DNA from: Euryarchaeota archaeon RBG_19FT_COMBO_56_21 | Lineage (GTDB): Archaea > Thermoplasmatota > Thermoplasmata > UBA10834 | Length of the DNA stretch: 64,000 nt | Reading direction: 5' to 3' | Assembly: GCA_001800815.1 (NCBI GenBank) | Contig: MGWC01000001.1 | Coordinates: 54,431 to 118,430 of the forward strand | Part shown: positions 8,699 through 16,461 of the stretch, piece after piece | Layout: each line of letters opens with the position of its first letter | Numbering within the stretch: the first letter of the stretch is position 1 | Translations under genes and position numbers: made by a program | The notes under the pieces: generated by a model | Told to the model about the DNA's origin: nothing | Databases searched by the model: none | The model's input: only the letters and a program-made list of their open reading frames with translations

Positions 8699-9997
8699 AT
8701 GCCGAAGAAGGTCGTAGTAATAGGCGGAGGCATAGCCGGCATACAGGCCTGTTTGGACATCGCAGAGATGGGTTATGAGGTCCACCTTGTCGAACGCACA
8801 CCGTCGATCGGCGGCAGGATGGCGCAGCTCGATAAGACATTTCCCACCAACGACTGCTCTTTGTGCATCCTCTCCCCCAAGATGATAATGTGCGCGGGTC
8901 ATGAGAACATCAAGCTCCACACCTATTCGGAGATCCAGAGCGTTGGAGGCGAATTCCCGCGGTTCAAGGTCAGGATACGTGAGAAGGCTAGGCACATTGC
9001 GATCAACAGATGCACCGGCTGCGGGGACTGCGTCACCAAGTGCCCGGTGAAGGTGCCGAACGAGTTCGAAGAGGGCCTGTCAACGAGGAAGGCAATCTAC
9101 CTGCCCTTCCCTCAGGCTGTCCCGAGGAAGGTCACGATAGACGCTGTACATTGCAGAATGATCACGGAGAAGAAGTGCGGCGTCTGCAAGAAAGTCTGCC
9201 AGGCAGGCGCGATAGACTACGACCAGAAGGATGCTCTTGTGGACATCGTTGCGGCGGCGATCGTAGTGACAACCGGCTTCGATCTCTTCGATGCGTCCGC
9301 TCTCCGCCAGTACGGGCTCGGGGCATGTAAGGACGTTGTGACCTCGCTCCAACTCGAGAGAATCCTGTCTGCAGCGGGACCCACGGGCGGGCATCTTGTT
9401 AGGCCGTCGGACGGCAAGGAGCCGAAGAAACTCGCGTTTGTCCAGTGTGTCGGTTCGAGGGATGCGAAGATGTTCCAGTACTGCAGCAGCGTCTGCTGCA
9501 TGTACGCCACCAAGGAATCCATCCTAGTGAGGGAGCATGTCCCTGATGTTGAATCGACGATATTCTACATGGACATGAGGGCGACGGGCAAGGGCTTCCA
9601 GGAGTTCGTCAACAGGGCGGAGAAGCAGTACGGGGTGAGGTACATGCGCTCTAGACCCGCTAGCGTCCAGCCAGCACACGGCGAATCAGGAGTTCTCGTG
9701 ACGTACGAGATGGTCGGTGGCATTACTGGGCAGAAGACCGAGGAATTCGACATGCTCATCCTCTGTCCTGCTCTGGTGCCATCCCGCGGCTCGGAAGAGC
9801 TCTCCGGACTCCTGAAGATCGAGCTGGACAAGGACAAGTTCGCTAGCACACCGAGCTGGAAAAACCCGATCGATTCCACAAGAAGGGGAGTCCTAGTATG
9901 CGGATTCGCGGCTGAGCCCATGGACATTCCGGACTCAGTGGCTCAAGCCTCCGGAGTCGCTTCGAGGATTGGCGAACTCCTCCAGGGGGTGTCGTAG
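8699..9997 (+). CDS. hdrA: HdrA-like flavoprotein, short form (QmoA-like): FAD-binding thioredoxin-reductase fold with an inserted ferredoxin domain.
   Basis: GGGGGAAcgATG start. VVVIGGGIAGIQA FAD motif, NDCSLC, inserted 2x4Fe-4S (CTGCGDCVTKCP, CGVCKKVCQ), and the HdrA cysteine block FVQCVGSRD...YCSSVCCMYATK. Confidence 0.75.
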   Translation: MPKKVVVIGGGIAGIQACLDIAEMGYEVHLVERTPSIGGRMAQLDKTFPTNDCSLCILSPKMIMCAGHENIKLHTYSEIQSVGGEFPRFKVRIREKARHIAINRCTGCGDCVTKCPVKVPNEFEEGLSTRKAIYLPFPQAVPRKVTIDAVHCRMITEKKCGVCKKVCQAGAIDYDQKDALVDIVAAAIVVTTGFDLFDASALRQYGLGACKDVVTSLQLERILSAAGPTGGHLVRPSDGKEPKKLAFVQCVGSRDAKMFQYCSSVCCMYATKESILVREHVPDVESTIFYMDMRATGKGFQEFVNRAEKQYGVRYMRSRPASVQPAHGESGVLVTYEMVGGITGQKTEEFDMLILCPALVPSRGSEELSGLLKIELDKDKFASTPSWKNPIDSTRRGVLVCGFAAEPMDIPDSVAQASGVASRIGELLQGVS

Positions 9998-9999
9998 GC

Positions 10000-11685
10000 A
10001 TGCCGAGGATTGGCGTTTTCATCTGTCATTGCGGTCACAACATAGCCTCGACCGTTTCGGTGGAGGAGGTCGTCAGATTCGCGAGCACCCTGCCCGGTGT
10101 CATAGTCGCCGATCACAACCTGTACTCATGTTCGGAGGAAGGGCTCGACTCGATCAGGAAGAGCATTGAGCAGAACAAGCTTGATCGCGTGGTTGTGGCC
10201 GCATGCACGCCCCGCACCCATGAGCCTCTATTCCGAAGCGTCTGCGAGCAAGCGGGAGTGAACAAGTACCTATTCGAGTTCGTCAACATCAGGGAGCATT
10301 GCTCCTGGATTCATGCCAAGGAGCCGGCCAACGCGACTGAGAAGGCGAAGAGGCTCGTGGCGATGGGCGTCTCGAAGGCCGCGCTTCTGGAACCACAGAC
10401 TGAGGGCGAGTCGAGCGTTACGCCAACCGCACTTGTCATTGGCGGAGGACTCGCAGGCCTGAGAGCGACCGCCTCGCTGGTCGCCCAGGGAATCGATACC
10501 CATCTAGTGGAGAAGGAGTCCAGGCTCGGTGGCCTCCTCAACGACATATCAGCTCTCGCGCCCTACTCCGAGGATGCCAGCACCTTGCTGAAGGAGCTCG
10601 TCGATGAGGTCAAGGCATCGAATAAGGCGCACATACATCTGAATACCAAGCTCCAGGGCGTGACAGGATTCGTTGGGAATTTCAATGTGGTCTTGAACGA
10701 AGCTGGCAAGGAGAAGGAGGTCCGAGCAGGAGCGATTATCGTAGCCACGGGTGCGCGCGACTTCATACCGACGGGGGAGTACGGATACGGGAGCGTACCT
10801 GGAGTCATCACGCAACTCGAGTTCGAAAGGGTTTTAAAGACAGGCGAGAAACCTGGGCGAGTCGTTTTCATCCAGTGCGTCGGCAGCAGACAGCCTGGAA
10901 GGGAGTACTGCTCGAGGATCTGCTGCAACACCTCCCTGAAGAATGCTTTGAAGGTGGTCGAAGCAGGCGGGACTGCGACGATCGTACACAGGGACATCAT
11001 GAGCTCCGGCACCGTGTGGGAGGAGCTGTACAGAAACGCCTCTGAGAAAGGTGTCCAGTTCATAAGATACATGCTCAGCGACCCGCCGCGGATCCACAAG
11101 AAAGCCACGGGAATCGCCGCGGAGGTTTATGACGAAGCCCTCGGAGAAAGGATAGAGGTCGACGCTGACCGGGTCGTATTGGCCACACCCTTGGTCTCAA
11201 GGGTGGACTCGGCAGAAGTTGGCAAGCTGCTCAAGGTGCCGAGGGACAAGCATGGGTTCTTCCTCGAGGCGCATGTGAAGCTCAGGCCAGTCGAGTTCGC
11301 CACCGACGGCGTGTTCATCTGCGGAAGCGCCAGATGGCCTAGCAGCGCTAAGGAGACCATGTCCCAGGCGCTTGGTGCGGCCGCAAAAGCCGCCATACCG
11401 ATTAAGAGGGGCAAGGTGGTCATCGAAGCAATCACCGCTTGGGTGGATGCTGACAAATGCGCTGCGTGCGGCAACTGCGTCGTGTCGTGTCCTTACGAAG
11501 CTATCGAGATTGTCGAGCAGGATGGGAAGAGAGTCGCGAAGGTCAACGAAACGCAATGCAAGGGATGCGGCGCGTGCGTCGCGGCATGTCCTAACGATGC
11601 GATGCAGCAGAGGGGATTCACGACTCGCCAGCTGGGCGCGATGATAGACTCCCTCGTCAAACACGCTCTGGAGGAGTCCCCGTGA
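10000..11685 (+). CDS. hdrA: HdrA-like flavoprotein, long form: N-terminal Cys domain, FAD domain and C-terminal 2x[4Fe-4S] ferredoxin.
   Basis: ATG 2 nt after the upstream TAG. FICHCGHNI N-domain, LVIGGGLAGL FAD motif, FIQCVGSRQ...YCSRICC block, and C-terminal CAACGNCVVSCP and CKGCGACVAACP. Confidence 0.75.
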   Translation: MPRIGVFICHCGHNIASTVSVEEVVRFASTLPGVIVADHNLYSCSEEGLDSIRKSIEQNKLDRVVVAACTPRTHEPLFRSVCEQAGVNKYLFEFVNIREHCSWIHAKEPANATEKAKRLVAMGVSKAALLEPQTEGESSVTPTALVIGGGLAGLRATASLVAQGIDTHLVEKESRLGGLLNDISALAPYSEDASTLLKELVDEVKASNKAHIHLNTKLQGVTGFVGNFNVVLNEAGKEKEVRAGAIIVATGARDFIPTGEYGYGSVPGVITQLEFERVLKTGEKPGRVVFIQCVGSRQPGREYCSRICCNTSLKNALKVVEAGGTATIVHRDIMSSGTVWEELYRNASEKGVQFIRYMLSDPPRIHKKATGIAAEVYDEALGERIEVDADRVVLATPLVSRVDSAEVGKLLKVPRDKHGFFLEAHVKLRPVEFATDGVFICGSARWPSSAKETMSQALGAAAKAAIPIKRGKVVIEAITAWVDADKCAACGNCVVSCPYEAIEIVEQDGKRVAKVNETQCKGCGACVAACPNDAMQQRGFTTRQLGAMIDSLVKHALEESP

Positions 11686-12101
11686 CGGAGTTCAAGCCGA
11701 CCATCCTCGCATTCTGCTGCAACTGGTGTTCGTACGCAGGAGCCGATCTCGCGGGCGTCAGCAGGCTCCAGATGCCGCCGAACGTTCACGTGGTGCGAGT
11801 GATGTGCAGCGCGAGCGTCAAACCAGAATATGTCATGAAGGCCATCTCACAGGGCATCGATGGTGTGCTCGTGCTCGGCTGCCACGTAGGGGACTGCCAC
11901 TACATGACGGGTAACCACAGGACGGCGAAGAGGATGCCGGTCGTCCAGAAGATCCTGAAGGACATCGGACTCAACGAGAAGCGCGTGAGACTGGACTGGG
12001 TCAGCGCTGCGGAAGGCGAGAAGTTCCAGAAGGTCATAGTGGACTTCGTCGATGAGGTGGCCAAGCTCGGTCCGAACCCGTTGAAGGAGGTGAGGTTCTG
12101 A
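11682..12101 (+). CDS. mvhD: MvhD-like [2Fe-2S] electron-transfer protein (methyl-viologen-reducing hydrogenase delta subunit family).
   Basis: GTG start overlapping the upstream TGA (GTGA), preceded by GGAGGAG. CCNWCSYAG...C...LGCHVGDCHY signature. Confidence 0.8.
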   Translation: MTEFKPTILAFCCNWCSYAGADLAGVSRLQMPPNVHVVRVMCSASVKPEYVMKAISQGIDGVLVLGCHVGDCHYMTGNHRTAKRMPVVQKILKDIGLNEKRVRLDWVSAAEGEKFQKVIVDFVDEVAKLGPNPLKEVRF

Positions 12102-12166
12102 ACGAGCTAGCGAAGAGATTTGCGACAATCGCCTTCGACCTCAAAGGGGCGGACTATCTCCTCGCG

Positions 12167-12904
12167 ATGCGGGAGGAGCACGGAAATGTCGGTCCAGTAA
12201 TGATCTCGAAGGGCGAGGACCCCGGCGATGTCAGGACAGATGTGCCATATCAGTTAATCACAATCCTCAGCAACCTCTACCCTTGGATGACCGACGGGAA
12301 GAAGATCGCGGTAGTGACTAGGAAGTGCGACGAGAAGGCACTCGCAGAGTTCTTCAAGCGCGGATATTTCGCCCGCGACCGGGTGATCCAGATCGGGCTC
12401 GCGTGTAACCGGGAGCAGATCAGACAGTGCAGATGCAGCGATCCGGTGCCGAGCGTCGTCGACATCGGTGAACCGCATGGAGGTCTGGACACTGACGCTC
12501 TCTCGGAGAAGCTCATGGCAATGTCCAGTGAAGAGCGATTGAGGTTTTGGGAGTACCAGTTCCGCAAGTGCAACAAGTGTTTCGCGTGCACAACGAACTG
12601 TCCGGTCTGCTTCTGCGATGAGTGTGTGCTCGAGGAACGGACCTTCGTCCCGGAAAGGGGCGTGCCCCCAGGCATGTCTTTCCATATGATACGCGCCTAC
12701 CACTTGTCGGACAAGTGCATCGAGTGCGGAGAGTGCGAGAGGTCGTGCCCTGCGGGGATCCCGCTCCTGACGCTCAGGAAGCTTGTTGCGAGGGACTTCA
12801 AGGAGATGTATGGATTCAGCCCGGGCGACGAGAAGACCGTCAGTCCGCTCCTGACGACGCTCGAGGGAGAGTCTCTGGATGGAGATGAATGCGATGAATG
12901 TTAA
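12167..12904 (+). CDS. 4Fe-4S dicluster protein, putative FdhB/FrhB-like small electron-transfer subunit of the formate dehydrogenase.
   Basis: Two ferredoxin motifs in the C-terminal half (CNKCFACTTNCP, CIECGECERSCP). Overlaps the fdhA start. No FAD/F420 motif recognised by eye. Confidence 0.4.
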   Translation: MREEHGNVGPVMISKGEDPGDVRTDVPYQLITILSNLYPWMTDGKKIAVVTRKCDEKALAEFFKRGYFARDRVIQIGLACNREQIRQCRCSDPVPSVVDIGEPHGGLDTDALSEKLMAMSSEERLRFWEYQFRKCNKCFACTTNCPVCFCDECVLEERTFVPERGVPPGMSFHMIRAYHLSDKCIECGECERSCPAGIPLLTLRKLVARDFKEMYGFSPGDEKTVSPLLTTLEGESLDGDECDEC

Positions 12905-14930
12905 GCACGTCCTGACGACATGCCCTTACTGCGGCACGGGGTGCAATTTCTACCTACAGGTGGTGGAGGACAAGCTCATCAGCGTGGTGCCGTGCAAGAC
13001 GGACGAGATAAGTCGCGGACAGTTGTGCATCAAGGGGTACAACGCCCACGCATTCGTGCAGCATCCTGACAGGCTCAAGACCCCTCTGGCCAGGGAGCAC
13101 GGAGAGCTCAGGCAGATATCCTGGGAGGATGCCCTTGACAGGCTGGCGAAGGAGATAAGGAGAATAAAGGAGAAGTACGGGCCTGATTCCATCGCCTTCC
13201 TCGCATCCGCGAAATGCACCAACGAGGAGAACTATCTCTTCCAGAAACTTGCGAGAGCAGTAGTCCATACGAACAACGTCGACCACTGCGCACGACTATG
13301 CCACGCCTCGACCGTAACCGGTCTGTTGTACTCGTTCGGGAGCGGGGCTATGACGAACACGATCCCTGAGTTCGGGGACGCGGACTTCATCCTGATAACC
13401 GGGTCCAATACACTCGAGGCGCACCCGATCATCGGCTCGCACATGTTAAGAGCACTCGACAAGGGTGCCAAGATAGTGGTCGTCGACCCGAGGGATACGC
13501 CACTCTCCAGGCTTGCGCACATCCGGCTGAGCCAGAAGCCGGGGAGCGACATCGCATGGATAAACGGAATGATCAAGGTCATAATCGACGAGGGTCTGGT
13601 AAACGAGGAGTTCGTCAGGACCAGGACCTCTGAGTTCGATAAGCTGAAGGAGGTCGTGATGGGCTACACTTTGGAGATGGTCGAATCGATAGCCGGTGTC
13701 AAGGGCAAGGACCTCTCAAAGGCGGCGAGGCTGTACGCGAAGGCGGACAGGGCGATGGTCGCTTACGCGATGGGGGTCACGCAGCACAGCAACGGTACGG
13801 ACATCGTCATGGCTCTGGCCAACCTCGCCATGGTCACGGGCCATCTAGGAAAGGAGTCCACCGGCCTCAACCCCTTGAGGGGGCAGTGCAATGTCCAAGG
13901 TTCGTGCGACTCAGGCGGGCTGCCAAACCTCTTCCCCGGCTATCAGAGAGTCGACGACGAACAAGTCAGAGCGAAATTCGAGCAGGCCTGGGGGGTCGAG
14001 CTTCCAGAGAAGCCCGGGCTGACCCTGACATGCGCCATCAAGGAGGCCGCTCTGGGCAAGTTGAAGGCCATGATAGTCTTCGGGGAGAACGTCATGCTCT
14101 CGGACCCAGACCTCACGCATGTAGAGGAAGCGCTGAAGGAACTCGAACTGCTCGCAGTCGTGGACATCTTCCCCACAGAGACGACCAAGCTCGCCCACAT
14201 AGTACTGCCCGCGGCGTGCTACGCGGAGAAGGACGGAACTTTCACTAACACTGACAGGGCTGTCAGGTTGCTTAGGAAGGCGGTGGACCCGCCGGGCGAG
14301 GCGATGCCTGACTGGAAGATCGCCTGCGAGCTCGCCAAGCGGCTCGGGGCGAAAGGATTCGACTTCTCGTCTCCTGCGGAAATCATGGACGAGATGGCGA
14401 AGGTCACACCGATCTATGGAGGCATCGATCACGGGAGAATCGACCGCGAACTGATCCGCTGGCCCTGCCCCACGAAGGAGCACAAGGGCACGAGGATCCT
14501 GCACGCCCAGAAGTTCACGAAAGGCCTCGGGACTTTCGCGCCTGTGCATCACTCGCCCCCTGCCGAATCACCTTCGGAAGAATACCCGTTCATACTCACG
14601 ACTGGTCGGAACCTCTTCCAGTATCACACGGGCACGATGACGAGAAGGTCGCCCAAGCTCGAGCGGGAGGCCCCGGAACCATATGCCGAGGTGAACAATG
14701 GTGACGCGAAAAGGCTCGGCATTTCGGAAGGCGACAGGATCATGGTGTCGTCGAAGCGGGGGTCTATAACGCTACTGGCGCGCGTGACCGAGAGAATCAT
14801 CCCAGGATCGGTGTTCATACCGTTCCACTACGCTGAAGCGGCGGCGAACAGGCTCACGAACGCCGCTCTGGACCCAGTGTCAAAGATACCGGAGCTGAAG
14901 GTCTGCGCCGCCAGGATCCAGAAAGGCTGA
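12879..14930 (+). CDS. fdhA: Formate dehydrogenase alpha subunit (molybdo/tungstopterin), Cys-type.
   Basis: N-terminal CPYCGTGC...C cluster. Active-site block VDHCARLCHAS has Cys at the position of Sec (U) in FdhF (VDHCARVUHGPS). SD GAGGGAGA precedes the ATG. An alternative ATG is at 12894. Confidence 0.85.
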   Translation: MEMNAMNVKHVLTTCPYCGTGCNFYLQVVEDKLISVVPCKTDEISRGQLCIKGYNAHAFVQHPDRLKTPLAREHGELRQISWEDALDRLAKEIRRIKEKYGPDSIAFLASAKCTNEENYLFQKLARAVVHTNNVDHCARLCHASTVTGLLYSFGSGAMTNTIPEFGDADFILITGSNTLEAHPIIGSHMLRALDKGAKIVVVDPRDTPLSRLAHIRLSQKPGSDIAWINGMIKVIIDEGLVNEEFVRTRTSEFDKLKEVVMGYTLEMVESIAGVKGKDLSKAARLYAKADRAMVAYAMGVTQHSNGTDIVMALANLAMVTGHLGKESTGLNPLRGQCNVQGSCDSGGLPNLFPGYQRVDDEQVRAKFEQAWGVELPEKPGLTLTCAIKEAALGKLKAMIVFGENVMLSDPDLTHVEEALKELELLAVVDIFPTETTKLAHIVLPAACYAEKDGTFTNTDRAVRLLRKAVDPPGEAMPDWKIACELAKRLGAKGFDFSSPAEIMDEMAKVTPIYGGIDHGRIDRELIRWPCPTKEHKGTRILHAQKFTKGLGTFAPVHHSPPAESPSEEYPFILTTGRNLFQYHTGTMTRRSPKLEREAPEPYAEVNNGDAKRLGISEGDRIMVSSKRGSITLLARVTERIIPGSVFIPFHYAEAAANRLTNAALDPVSKIPELKVCAARIQKG

Positions 14931-14931
14931 A

Positions 14932-15534
14932 TCACACCTTCCCGCGGCGCAAGTATCCGACGAAATCCCCGCCTAGATGGGCCAGGTCCTCGGCCCGAAG
15001 CGCGTTCGCAGCCGACGCGTCGAACAGTATGTTGCCTGTTGTCGGGACCTCCTCGTCCCCTTTCCAGAAAGAGATGTTCACAAGGAGGAAAGGGAAGAAC
15101 ATGAAATCGAAGGACATGTCCCCTCGTTGGACTCTGATGCCGCCGAGCGACGAAGCCGCCCTGCCGAGTGCTTCGGGATCTCTCTCGAACATCCTGACCA
15201 ACGGAGCGATGGCCCTCTGATGGAACACGGAGTAGTAGAGGCTCCCTCCCTCGATCTCGCGGTACGATATCAGCCTGTGCTCGAGTTTCCCCGGCGATCC
15301 GAGAAGATAGTGCAGTATGACCACTTTCGTGTCAGGATCCGGCTCGCCACCGTCCTGCCAGACGACCGACCAGTCCTCAACGGAAATGATTGCTGTCCTG
15401 TTGAGGACCCTGAGCATGACGCGGTTGCCTTCGAGCAGGCCTCCGGAACCGGAAACCAAGATTGATACATCCCGGAGCCTGAGCTCACCAACGGCCTTCT
15501 CGAAGGCCCCTGCCAGCCTGCGCTCTTCTCCCAT
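14932..15534 (-). CDS. Conserved hypothetical protein, DUF3786-like; commonly found next to acsE in acs clusters.
   Basis: ATG at 15534. ~200 aa, acidic, no cofactor motifs. Located immediately downstream of acsE on the same strand. The family assignment is from memory and not verified. Confidence 0.35.
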   Translation of the reverse strand: MGEERRLAGAFEKAVGELRLRDVSILVSGSGGLLEGNRVMLRVLNRTAIISVEDWSVVWQDGGEPDPDTKVVILHYLLGSPGKLEHRLISYREIEGGSLYYSVFHQRAIAPLVRMFERDPEALGRAASSLGGIRVQRGDMSFDFMFFPFLLVNISFWKGDEEVPTTGNILFDASAANALRAEDLAHLGGDFVGYLRRGKV

Positions 15535-15549
15535 TCGTTTCTACTCCGC

Positions 15550-16326
15550 TCATGCCCGGAGGAAGGAGTGCGCATACAGCTTCTGATTCAACAGGACCTC
15601 TGCTGCCTTGACGACCTTCATCAGATCGACATCGTTGGGGTCGACTATAGCAGCATCCAAGCCTCTCCCGAGAAGCATCGCTAGGTAAGTCCTGTTGAGC
15701 AGGCTCCTCTCCTCGGCACCGCTCGAGACGTTGCTGAGTCCTACAATGGTCTTGGGGGGTGGAGTGCTCAGGTTTCTGAAGGCGGTTATCGCATCACATA
15801 GCATGGGGCACTGACTCTGGGCCGCGGAGATCGGCAACACGACGGGGTCGATGTATATCCTCTCCTGGGGGATGCCGATGTCCATCGCGTTCCCGAGCAG
15901 GAGCATAGCGATCTCGGACCTTCCCTCAACTGAGTTGGGGATCCCCTTCTCATCTATCGTGAGGCACACTATGTCTGCGTTGTGCTCCTTCGCCAGAGGG
16001 AAAAACTTCTCCATGCGCTTCAGTTCCGCCGTGGTCGAGTTGATCATCGGCTCTTTCCTCGCTGCGGTCAACCCTGCCTGCTGCACCTTGAGACCCGGCG
16101 CGTCTATTGACACCCGCACGTCGACGGCATCCTGGACCGATCTCACCAGCCAGGTCATCGTCTCAACGGCATCCTGCCTTCCAGGCCCAGTATTGATGTC
16201 GAGCACCTGTGCCCCGGCGTTTACCTGCTCCATCGCAAGATCTTGAACGTACTTGGCATTCCTTGCGTCGATGGCTTTGGCGACTTCCACGAATTGCCCG
16301 TTGATTCTCTCCCCTACGACTATCAA
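15550..16326 (-). CDS. acsE: Methyltetrahydrofolate:corrinoid iron-sulfur protein methyltransferase (pterin-binding TIM barrel).
   Basis: MIVVGERINGQF...LDINTG parallels MeTr MLIIGERING...LDLNVG. TTG start at 16326 with GGGGAG SD. Confidence 0.8.
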   Translation of the reverse strand: MIVVGERINGQFVEVAKAIDARNAKYVQDLAMEQVNAGAQVLDINTGPGRQDAVETMTWLVRSVQDAVDVRVSIDAPGLKVQQAGLTAARKEPMINSTTAELKRMEKFFPLAKEHNADIVCLTIDEKGIPNSVEGRSEIAMLLLGNAMDIGIPQERIYIDPVVLPISAAQSQCPMLCDAITAFRNLSTPPPKTIVGLSNVSSGAEERSLLNRTYLAMLLGRGLDAAIVDPNDVDLMKVVKAAEVLLNQKLYAHSFLRA

Positions 16327-16461
16327 AAACTCTCCCCGCCGATAAAGGCATAGAGCCCTTGGCGCATATCAAACGTTCGTATGGCTGTCGGCATTCCTGG
16401 TCAGCCATTATGTCGCAACAGTTAATAGCAGCGCAGTCTGTTCACTCCGAGCTGGTCACAG

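Noticed and set aside
12879-14930. Possible selenocysteine (in-frame TGA) in FdhA or HdrA.
   Set aside because: The FdhA active-site position is a TGC Cys codon (VDHCARLCHAS), and the ORFs are uninterrupted. There is no SECIS-like requirement.
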